The notes: generated by a model not told the origin, from the letters alone. Counted from the first letter of the stretch, positions 1-7,477 are shown. The stretch: DNA of 38,278 nucleotides from a virus (IMGVR_UViG_3300038520_001418:1-38278); one strand, 5' to 3'. Translations and numbers: made by a program.

Positions 1-93
1 CTATACAAGGAGCAACAAATCATCCTTTAATGTTTGTAACTAATAACAGTGAAAAAATGAGGTTAGATAGCTCTGGTAATTTAGGAATTGGCA
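1..93 (+). repeat. 93-bp exact direct repeat of 34662-34754
   Basis: Direct comparison: ctatacaagg...ggaattggca is identical in both places. Confidence 0.95.
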
Positions 94-2162
94 TAACTTC
101 GCCAAGTTCTTATAATAGTGGATCAGATAATTTAGTTGTTGGTGGGACAAGTGGTGACAACGGAATAACAATAGCTACAGGTACAACCAATGGTGGTTTG
201 CTCGCATTTGCTGACGGAACTTCTGGCAATGCTGCATATCGTGGTTACATACAATACGATCATAATACTGACTTTTTAGCTGTAGGATCTGCTGGCTCAG
301 AACGCATGAGGATTGATAGCTCTGGACATCTATTAGTGGGTACAACTGATAACAATGTAGCAGATAATTCTGGTACATCTAACAGTGGTTTTAACGTAAG
401 AAGTTCAGGTCGTGTTCTTATTGCTGAACCACAAAATGCAGGGCTTTGGGTAAATCGTTTAGGAGATGATGGTGATATTGCAGTTTTTCGTAAAGATGGT
501 ACTACTGTAGGGAGTATTAGAGGTGATTCAGGTGAAATATCAGTATCTTCAAGTGGTGGGGCGCATTATACATTTGAAGGCAGTGCATTTTATGGTTCAG
601 ATGAAGATAGAGATTTAGGAAAATCTAACAAGCGTTTTAAAGACCTCTACCTTACTGGAAAAATTACTGGAGCAACTCAAGTTACCCAAGATGTGAATAC
701 ATCTAGCCTTGCACTTGCTGGTGGCACAGACAGTAATGTTGGTGCAAACATGATAGTATATGGTGGTTCGCATTCATCATTAGCTAGCGTTGTAAGGTTT
801 CGTAATGGTAGCACAGACACTGCTAGGATAGATAGTTCTGGTAATGTATTGGTGGGTACTACATCATTAACTACAGGTACATTAGGTAGTTCAAATACGT
901 TTTTAGAACTTTCGGCTGGTACAAATAATGGCTCTGGAACTTTAATTTTATCAAGAAACACAACTACAGATGATAACGAAGTAGGTGGGGTAAGATTTGC
1001 TAATCAAAACAATGGAGATGATGATGGATTAGATGCAGACGGTAAATTGATTGCTGCAATTAGTGCAAGATTACAAACAAGTGATAGTAATGCTGGTGAT
1101 GATAGTGGAGGACATTTAGTTTTTTATACAAAACCTGAAGCTGGTAATTATGCAGAACGCATGAGGATAGATAGCAATGGTGACGTTCAAATTGGAACAA
1201 ATCTCAGTAGTGGTGCAAAGCTAACACTATATGGGTCAGATGCTGCTACAACTTTTCAGGGTTCAACAACTGGTACAGGATCGGCTAATGGTTTTACAGT
1301 TGGAAATAATGGTATTGTGAATACTTTTGTTTGGAACTATGAAAATGGACACATGCAATTTGCTACCAATAACACAGAACGCATGAGGATAGATAGCTCT
1401 GGTAATTTATTGGTGGGTACGACCGATACAAGTCTTTACAACAATTCTGGTTCTGGAGAAGGTTTATCATATTTTCCAAGTCAATTTTTAACAGTTGCCA
1501 CATATCAGCAAGAAACAGCTATTTTTAATAGATTATCAAATGATGGAACGATTGTTCAGTTTCGCAAAGATGGTGCTACTGTGGGGATTATTGGGGTGGG
1601 TGGCTCATCTGCACAGCCAGTAATAGGCAGTAACAATGCAACTGCAGGTGGAACTGCGGCAGGTCTTAGATTTGATCGTGCAAACAATTCTATTCAACCT
1701 TGGAATGTTGTGTCAAATGCTTCAGCTGACGACACCATTGACCTTGGATATTCTTCTATTCGTTTTGATGACATATACGCTACTAACGGAACAATCCAAA
1801 CATCAGACGAGAATGAAAAACAAGATATAGCATCTATGACTACAGCAGAATTAGCTGTGGGTAAGCGTTTATCAACATTATTTAAGACCTTTAGATGGAA
1901 AAGCAAAGTCACAGAAAAGGCAGACAAAGCTAGAACACACTCTGGTATTGTTGCTCAAGAAGTTAAGGCAGCTTTTGAAGCAGAGGGTTTAGATGCTACT
2001 AAGTATGCTTTGTTTTGCAGTGACACTTGGACAAATGATGATGGTAAAGAACAAACAAGGATGGGTGTTAGGTATCCAGAATTATTAAGTTTTATTGCAA
2101 GTTATAATGAAAGCAGATTTACAGCAATAGAAGCAAGATTAGCTAAATTAGAAGGAGGATAG
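3..2162 (+). CDS. Tail fibre, C-terminal part (5'-truncated), ending in an intramolecular chaperone (peptidase S74-like) domain
   Basis: Frame is open to the window edge. Repeated ERMRIDSSGNxxVGTT motifs; DDIYATNGTIQTSDENEK cleavage-type motif; HSGIVAQEV, GVRYPEL and a terminal coiled coil. Confidence 0.9.
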   Translation: MQGATNHPLMFVTNNSEKMRLDSSGNLGIGITSPSSYNSGSDNLVVGGTSGDNGITIATGTTNGGLLAFADGTSGNAAYRGYIQYDHNTDFLAVGSAGSERMRIDSSGHLLVGTTDNNVADNSGTSNSGFNVRSSGRVLIAEPQNAGLWVNRLGDDGDIAVFRKDGTTVGSIRGDSGEISVSSSGGAHYTFEGSAFYGSDEDRDLGKSNKRFKDLYLTGKITGATQVTQDVNTSSLALAGGTDSNVGANMIVYGGSHSSLASVVRFRNGSTDTARIDSSGNVLVGTTSLTTGTLGSSNTFLELSAGTNNGSGTLILSRNTTTDDNEVGGVRFANQNNGDDDGLDADGKLIAAISARLQTSDSNAGDDSGGHLVFYTKPEAGNYAERMRIDSNGDVQIGTNLSSGAKLTLYGSDAATTFQGSTTGTGSANGFTVGNNGIVNTFVWNYENGHMQFATNNTERMRIDSSGNLLVGTTDTSLYNNSGSGEGLSYFPSQFLTVATYQQETAIFNRLSNDGTIVQFRKDGATVGIIGVGGSSAQPVIGSNNATAGGTAAGLRFDRANNSIQPWNVVSNASADDTIDLGYSSIRFDDIYATNGTIQTSDENEKQDIASMTTAELAVGKRLSTLFKTFRWKSKVTEKADKARTHSGIVAQEVKAAFEAEGLDATKYALFCSDTWTNDDGKEQTRMGVRYPELLSFIASYNESRFTAIEARLAKLEGG

Positions 2163-2163
2163 C

Positions 2164-2499
2164 ATGGCGGCAAAATGGACAATCGTAAACACAGAGTATG
2201 ACGTTAAAGGGTCAAAAGGTACTAATCAGATTACCACTCTTCATTGGGAATGCACAAACAGTGAGGATGTTACAACGGATGGCGAAACTGTAACGCATAG
2301 TGGTAGAGTTTATGGCTCAATAGGTATACCAGAACCATCAGGTACGTTTATTGAATACGCAAAAGTTACAGAGGAGCAAGCGAAAAAATGGTTACTTGCA
2401 GTGATCGGTGATGAACAAGTTAAAGTTTATGAGGATAGCGTAGCTAATCAAATTGCCTTAAGCAAAACTCCCACACAAGGAAGTGGTAAACCCTGGTGA
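2164..2499 (+). CDS. Small tail-fibre-associated (assembly/chaperone-type) protein; paralog of 36390-36701
   Basis: MAAKWTIVNTEYD...GSGKPW is shared with the paralog; both directly follow a fibre gene. Confidence 0.75.
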   Translation: MAAKWTIVNTEYDVKGSKGTNQITTLHWECTNSEDVTTDGETVTHSGRVYGSIGIPEPSGTFIEYAKVTEEQAKKWLLAVIGDEQVKVYEDSVANQIALSKTPTQGSGKPW

Positions 2500-2669
2500 C
2501 AGAAATAGATGACATAAGACGATTGCGCTCCGATTTCGAGATGTATCGAGCCGTCAATGATGAAAGACTTGAAACTTTAACGAAAGCTATCAAACGCTTA
2601 GAAATGATCCTAATCGGTTCAGCTGGCTCAACAATCCTATTATTAATCTCCCTAGTTATTAGATCTTAA
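2496..2669 (+). CDS. 57-aa coiled-coil protein with C-terminal TM helix (lysis-cassette membrane protein); not in ORF track
   Basis: GTG start overlaps the upstream TGA; MTEIDDIRRLRSDFE...MILIGSAGSTILLLISLVIRS; fills the gap exactly. Confidence 0.7.
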   Translation: MTEIDDIRRLRSDFEMYRAVNDERLETLTKAIKRLEMILIGSAGSTILLLISLVIRS

Positions 2670-2670
2670 A

Positions 2671-3159
2671 ATGCTAGATCCAGCTACCATTGCAGCTGCT
2701 GTAAGCGTTAGTACAGCAGCCTTTAATAATTTGAAAAAAGCTTTTGCAATGGGGCGCGATATTGAGCAGATGGGGTCTGATCTTTCAAGATGGATGAAAG
2801 CATCAAGTGATATAGATAATGCAGTAAAGTCTTGTAAAAACCCACCTTTTTACAAAAAGATGTTGAGTGGTGATAGCGTTGAAGAAGCTGCCATGAAAAG
2901 TTTGGTTGCACAAAAGAACTTAGAAAAGCAACGATATGAATTGCAACAATATGTAAAGTTTAAATTTGGTGTTAAAGCCTGGGATGATTTGCTTAAGATG
3001 GAAGGTACCATAAGAAAGCAAAGACAAGAATTAATTTACAAAAGACAAGAGCTACAACAAAAAATTATTGAAGGTTTATTTGTAGTTATTCTTTTTTGCT
3101 CAATCATAGGCTTAATCTTTTTTGCTATCTGGCTAAAGAAACAACAGAGCCAAACATAA
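2671..3159 (+). CDS. Membrane-anchored helical protein
   Basis: Helical/coiled-coil body with C-terminal hydrophobic segment GLFVVILFCSIIGLIFFAIWL. Confidence 0.75.
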   Translation: MLDPATIAAAVSVSTAAFNNLKKAFAMGRDIEQMGSDLSRWMKASSDIDNAVKSCKNPPFYKKMLSGDSVEEAAMKSLVAQKNLEKQRYELQQYVKFKFGVKAWDDLLKMEGTIRKQRQELIYKRQELQQKIIEGLFVVILFCSIIGLIFFAIWLKKQQSQT

Positions 3160-3248
3160 TGCACATTCTTATCATCATTCTTTTAGTATTTTTAGCCTAC
3201 TATGAGGTTGCCCATTGGTGGAAACCTTGGTGGTTGCATTTGGAGTAA
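3159..3248 (+). CDS. 29-aa hydrophobic peptide; not in ORF track
   Basis: TAATG overlap with the upstream gene; MHILIIILLVFLAYYEVAHWWKPWWLHLE. Confidence 0.5.
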   Translation: MHILIIILLVFLAYYEVAHWWKPWWLHLE

Positions 3249-3251
3249 ATT

Positions 3252-3449
3252 ATGGCACAGACGTTTATAGATAATTACAAGATTTTTCCTAGGCTTATGA
3301 TGCTTGTGGTTACTATTCTTACTTACCAGAGCGTTCATTGGTATATGGCATTAGAAGATCCAACCATACAACAAAGTGGATTAGTATCTGTTTGTATGGG
3401 TGCTTTAACTGGTTGCTTTGGTATTTGGATGAATGGTGAAAAGAAATGA
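3252..3449 (+). CDS. Two-TM small membrane protein (holin-like)
   Basis: Two hydrophobic helices, GGAG RBS, lysis-cassette position. Confidence 0.65.
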   Translation: MAQTFIDNYKIFPRLMMLVVTILTYQSVHWYMALEDPTIQQSGLVSVCMGALTGCFGIWMNGEKK

Positions 3450-3802
3450 TACTTACAGCTATAAAAATGATTGGCTCTCTTGCTACATCTTGGATGGATG
3501 GCAAAGTACAAACACAAAAGATAAAAGCAGAGATACAAAAGAAGCAACTAACAGGTGAAATAGATTGGGATATAGAAGCTATCAAAGCTACACAATCAAG
3601 CTGGAAAGATGAATGGATTACCATATTGCTATCAATACCTTTTCTTCTTTGCTTTATAAATGACACGACAAGAGAGATGGCATTTGCTGGTTTCCAAGCA
3701 TTAGAACAAGCACCAGCATGGTATACATATTCTTTTGGAGTTGTGATAGCTGCATCATTTGGTATTCGATCAGTAACTAAATTTTTTGGAGGTAAAAAAT
3801 AA
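3446..3802 (+). CDS. Putative holin (3TM, GTA-holin-like)
   Basis: SSWKDEW...SFGIRS pattern, TM segments, basic C-terminus, directly upstream of the endolysin. Confidence 0.7.
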   Translation: MILTAIKMIGSLATSWMDGKVQTQKIKAEIQKKQLTGEIDWDIEAIKATQSSWKDEWITILLSIPFLLCFINDTTREMAFAGFQALEQAPAWYTYSFGVVIAASFGIRSVTKFFGGKK

Positions 3803-4311
3803 TGAAAGAAAACTTTGATAAATGTTTAGAAATGATTTTGCATCACGAAGGAGGATATGTAAATCACCCAAAAGATCCAGGTGGCGAAACAAATCTTGGC
3901 GTAACTAAAAGAGTTTATGAAGAGTGGGGCGGTCAAAAAAATATGAAAGATTTAACAGTAGAAGATGTTGCGCCCATCTACGAAAAAAATTATTGGGGTC
4001 GTGCTAAGTGTGATCAACTTCCATCTGGATTAGATTTAGCTGTATTTGATTGGTCAGTTAACAGCGGTGTAGGCAGAGCAGTTAAAAAATTACAAAAGAT
4101 GATTGGCACTGTAGCAGATGGTGGTATTGGGCCTAACACATTAAAAACACTTGAAGAGTATATACGCCATCATGGATTAGAAACAACGATTGAAAATTAC
4201 AAAGATATTAGACAGGCGTTTTATCGTAGTTTATCTACTTTTAATACTTTTGGAAAAGGCTGGACAAGAAGAAACAACGAAACATTGGAAGCTGCATTAA
4301 AGATGATTTAA
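3802..4311 (+). CDS. Endolysin, glycoside hydrolase family 108 with peptidoglycan-binding C-terminus
   Basis: HEGGYVNHPKDPGGETNLGVT catalytic motif; FDWSVNSG; ADGGIGPNTL; FGKGWTRR. Confidence 0.93.
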   Translation: MKENFDKCLEMILHHEGGYVNHPKDPGGETNLGVTKRVYEEWGGQKNMKDLTVEDVAPIYEKNYWGRAKCDQLPSGLDLAVFDWSVNSGVGRAVKKLQKMIGTVADGGIGPNTLKTLEEYIRHHGLETTIENYKDIRQAFYRSLSTFNTFGKGWTRRNNETLEAALKMI

Positions 4312-4331
4312 TTATTTTCTACATCCCAACT

Positions 4332-4359
4332 AGAGCCACTTATGTGGCTCTTTTTTTTT
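4332..4359 (+). terminator. Intrinsic terminator after the endolysin; the hairpin also borders the array transcript arriving from the other side
   Basis: AGAGCCAC-TTAT-GTGGCTCT followed by a T run. Confidence 0.85.
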
Positions 4360-4363
4360 ATGC

Positions 4364-4643
4364 AAAACGAAACTCAACACAACGAAACGGAACCTAACCG
4401 AACAGAACATACCATTACCGACTTAACGGAACTAAACACTACGCAACTGAACCCAACTTTACATAACATAACCGCCTCAACAAAACACATCGAAACTGAA
4501 CGCAACTTAACGTAACATAACCGCCTTAACACAACTCAACTCAACCAAACCTAACGGAACACAACGGTACTCAACGTGACCGACTTAACAGAACGTAACT
4601 GAACCGAACCTAACGAAACGCAACATAACGTAACATAACCGAC
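4364..4643 (-). ncRNA. Pentamer-repeat array: five units of G(T/G)CG-(GTT-NN)9-11; putative guide-RNA array
   Basis: 52 pentamers counted by hand, 45 with exact GTT. Units 4643-4585, 4584-4526, 4525-4477, 4476-4423, 4422-4364. The repeat structure is directly visible; the RNA role is inferred. Confidence 0.8.
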
Positions 4644-5162
4644 TTACGCTGCTTCTTCCTTAACTGTTTTAGCTTTTAGTTCTTGAAGGATGCTATCTAT
4701 TTCACTAACATCGACATTTAATAAAGAACAAGTTCCTAAATATCTTTTTTGCCAAGATTTTAAATCACGCAAAGCTTGTAAAGCTAATTCTGTCATTGTA
4801 TCTGTTTCTTTAACATCAACCGATACGTAACCACCACCATTGGCTCTATTATTAATAGGAGAAATAAGTGATGGTACATCAACGACTTCAACTTTTAAGT
4901 TTTCTATTTTAGATGGTTCAGGTATTTCAGATATATTAATTTTAATTCTAAGACCTGTAACAAACTGTCTAGCCATATTTTCTCTATGTTTGTCTGCCAT
5001 TTCTTCATCAGACGCACCAAAAAAAAGATTGTAAACTTTATGATCTGTTTGATTTCTTAACCAATCTACAAATTCGGAAGGAACATAGATGTTCCTCCCT
5101 GTTTTATTTAGATAGTCATCAATAATATCTTGCCTATCTTGCTTTGTAAAACGAAGTGACAT
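4644..5162 (-). CDS. 172-aa protein of unknown function, coupled to the RAMP gene
   Basis: TAATG overlap at 5162; its stop codon abuts the array. Confidence 0.85.
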   Translation of the reverse strand: MSLRFTKQDRQDIIDDYLNKTGRNIYVPSEFVDWLRNQTDHKVYNLFFGASDEEMADKHRENMARQFVTGLRIKINISEIPEPSKIENLKVEVVDVPSLISPINNRANGGGYVSVDVKETDTMTELALQALRDLKSWQKRYLGTCSLLNVDVSEIDSILQELKAKTVKEEAA

Positions 5163-5917
5163 TATGCAGCCCTCCTTATAACTTCTTCTTTATAAAAGTC
5201 ATAAAGTTCTTGGGTTTCTGCATCATTTATAATGATGTCTTTCATCGCTTTTTCTTGAGCTTTTCTACCAATCTTAGTTCTAGTTTGCCAAACATCTTTA
5301 AATTGGTCATTACCTTCAAAATCAACAAACCAAGATCCAAAGTTTCCTTTACCTTTTTCTTGCCTGTTATCACCAATACCGCAAATCATCCCTGCATTTT
5401 GCAACAGAGCTACAATAGAATGCTGTGAAAGTGTTGGGGTAACAAATGCAATGTCAACTTCTGCACACCATTCATTGACAATAGCTCTTGTACGAATGTC
5501 AGGTGTTTTATTCATATCACTAGACCTGACAACATCCATATAAAGCTTTGGGGTTCCCCAAATAGATATTTTTTGTTGAGGTAAAAAAATCAAACGATTA
5601 ACAGATGTTTTGTTTACACCACTTGTTTCAAGGGCAGCCGTTGCCATAGCCCCCTTTACACCAGAAGCAGGAAAACCTAATAGGGTATCTCCATCTGCCA
5701 TCTTATGAATAGATGATCTAAACTCTAGTTCTGGATTATGCTTTATGTCTTTCTTCTGTGCAGCTGTCTTACGACCAGCACCAATAAGCAAATCTCTCTT
5801 AGCTTTTTCAGCCATACGATTAAAAATAATAGGGGTATGCCCTATCATTCTTAAAGTAATTCTACCTTGCTTGAGCGCATCAATAGTTACATTTGTATTT
5901 GTATTTTTTTTAATCAT
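5162..5917 (-). CDS. RAMP-superfamily (Cas7/Csm3-like) RNA-binding protein
   Basis: N-terminal strand ITLRMIGHTPII; FPASGVKGAMATAA (compare the RAMP motif IPGSSLKGALR); C-terminal Gly-rich loop GIGDNRQEKGKGNFG. ATG at 5917 preferred because of the GGAG RBS. Confidence 0.75.
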   Translation of the reverse strand: MIKKNTNTNVTIDALKQGRITLRMIGHTPIIFNRMAEKAKRDLLIGAGRKTAAQKKDIKHNPELEFRSSIHKMADGDTLLGFPASGVKGAMATAALETSGVNKTSVNRLIFLPQQKISIWGTPKLYMDVVRSSDMNKTPDIRTRAIVNEWCAEVDIAFVTPTLSQHSIVALLQNAGMICGIGDNRQEKGKGNFGSWFVDFEGNDQFKDVWQTRTKIGRKAQEKAMKDIIINDAETQELYDFYKEEVIRRAA

Positions 5918-6143
5918 TTTCTTCTCCAAAATATTTATGTTTTTCCAGACTATTTTCTTTAATAATAAACCTCTCTGGAATATAAGGCAGTGTAATACCG
6001 CAAGGTTTATTATTTTTTTTCTTTTTTAAGTCATTGTATGACCATCGACATTCAGGTGAACAAAATTTTTTATTACTGTTAATATAAGTAAAAAAAAATC
6101 CACAAGATACACAAGCTTTTTTACTCATAATGTTTACTTTCAA
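5910..6143 (-). CDS. Small Cys4 zinc-finger protein
   Basis: CVSC...KFCSPEC. Confidence 0.65.
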   Translation of the reverse strand: MKVNIMSKKACVSCGFFFTYINSNKKFCSPECRWSYNDLKKKKNNKPCGITLPYIPERFIIKENSLEKHKYFGEEND

Positions 6144-6408
6144 TCATTTCTCTTGCAGCTTCTAAAGCTTTTTGTGAAATATAAAGAAGTTCTTTTGAAT
6201 TACATTCACGAATAATTGCCTTGCCAAAAGTAAGTATAGTAATTCTACCTGGTGTAATCCCTATGGTCAGTTCGCAAGAACTTTTCAAGATCAGCGGCCT
6301 TGACATAACGTTTTCGCCCATCGCCCACTGATGGAATTTGTCCTGACTTGATAATTCGGATTGTTCTTTTATAATATTTTTCTTCACAACTACCCCATAA
6401 TTTTTCAC
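6121..6408 (-). CDS. Hypothetical protein (true start probably internal)
   Basis: Fills the operon gap, but the 5' part overlaps 6245-6460. Confidence 0.4.
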   Translation of the reverse strand: MKNYGVVVKKNIIKEQSELSSQDKFHQWAMGENVMSRPLILKSSCELTIGITPGRITILTFGKAIIRECNSKELLYISQKALEAAREMIESKHYE

Positions 6409-6460
6409 AAACTTCTTTGGCGTCTAATAAATTTTTATTGATTAAATCTGCTTGCATCAA
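6245..6460 (-). CDS. Excisionase/MerR-type HTH DNA-binding protein
   Basis: LLDAKEVCEKL...IKSGQIPSVGDGRKRYVKAADLEKFL pattern; GAGGAG RBS. Confidence 0.7.
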   Translation of the reverse strand: MMQADLINKNLLDAKEVCEKLWGSCEEKYYKRTIRIIKSGQIPSVGDGRKRYVKAADLEKFLRTDHRDYTR

Positions 6461-6749
6461 ATTTCTCCTCTTTAACTGGTTTTATTTCTTCTTGTCCAGG
6501 CAATTTATTTGCAAAAAGGTTAAAGCTGGCAATCAATTGATGATCAGTGTAGTTATCAGAATGATTAGTATCGCTTAACCTTACACTTACAACAATTCCA
6601 TTTTCTTGCATAAGTTTATGAATTTTGGTTACAATAGGCATAGCTATTTCTGCATTTTGTTTCTTAGCAGAGTTTAACCAGGCACTTGCTACAAGTTTTT
6701 TGTTATCGTGATTAATGTTTCCATTTCCTAGATGTGGTCTTTTACTCAT
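6435..6749 (-). CDS. Hypothetical protein
   Basis: Coupled ORF in the leftward operon. Confidence 0.65.
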   Translation of the reverse strand: MSKRPHLGNGNINHDNKKLVASAWLNSAKKQNAEIAMPIVTKIHKLMQENGIVVSVRLSDTNHSDNYTDHQLIASFNLFANKLPGQEEIKPVKEEKFDASRFNQ

Positions 6750-7477
6750 TACATATTCCTTTCATTAAAGTTTTTTTGTTTGTTTTCCATTGTAGACATG
6801 ATGCGAGAAACGCTCTCGCTTTCTTTCTCATTTAAAGTTTTTAAAATTGGCATCCAACGACTTGCAAATTTTGATAGCTGTGGATTGCTTTCGACACGAT
6901 GAAGCTCTTGCGACATTTGACCAAAAATTTCCATCGTATTATTTTCATCGGCAACATTAGGTATAGGCTCTAAATCTTCAACCTGTTTTTTAGGTGCCGT
7001 TGATTCAATAACCTTATTATATTCGGCAATGCCATCATCAGGTCTTGGCGTAATGTCTTTCATATTACGATTTGGTGATTTGTCAGGTTGACTTTCTTTA
7101 AAATCGTCCGCTTCTTCTTCAGAATAAACATCCCCTGCAATATCAATAAGCTTTAATATAACCCTATCTTTAGCTCTTTTTTCTGCCATAGCGTATGGGT
7201 AACTGTTCTTATTATTGTAAGGTGTGGCTTCACCAATTGACCATTCACTGCGATCACCAATAGAGCCTGACACATTCAATATACAAATTTTTTCTTTTGG
7301 ATCAGAATGAATAATCGTTGGTTCGCTAAATGTTATTCTTTTGTATAAAGCTATTTTTTCTAAAGCTTTGTGCAATACCACAGGCGTACCATGACAATCC
7401 CACAGACTTTCTTTTTCTGATAAGCCTATTTCTTTTAAAAGAGATAAAAGCTTTTCTGGAACTTGCCTTTTAGCCAT
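6749..7477 (-). CDS. Putative single-strand annealing recombinase (Rad52/Erf/RecT-like)
   Basis: YPYAMAEKRAKDRVILKL...VYSEEEADDF motif; neighbours a nuclease gene; start reset to MAKRQV with an RBS. Confidence 0.6.
   Translation of the reverse strand: MAKRQVPEKLLSLLKEIGLSEKESLWDCHGTPVVLHKALEKIALYKRITFSEPTIIHSDPKEKICILNVSGSIGDRSEWSIGEATPYNNKNSYPYAMAEKRAKDRVILKLIDIAGDVYSEEEADDFKESQPDKSPNRNMKDITPRPDDGIAEYNKVIESTAPKKQVEDLEPIPNVADENNTMEIFGQMSQELHRVESNPQLSKFASRWMPILKTLNEKESESVSRIMSTMENKQKNFNERNM

Noticed and set aside
1-93. Direct terminal repeat of the genome
   Set aside because: The second copy is internal (34662), inside a fibre gene, not at the window end.
1-2162. Diversity-generating retroelement or invertase shufflon acting on fibres
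   Set aside because: No reverse transcriptase or recombinase was recognised; repeats are direct, and differences are not confined to adenines.
4360-4515. 51-aa + strand ORF (MQNETQHNE...) across the array
   Set aside because: It starts at the terminator T run with no RBS, and 5-nt periodicity does not fit codon-level selection.
4364-4643. Canonical CRISPR array
   Set aside because: No 23-50 bp identical repeats with unique spacers; constancy is interleaved every 5 nt, and no cas1/cas2 is present.
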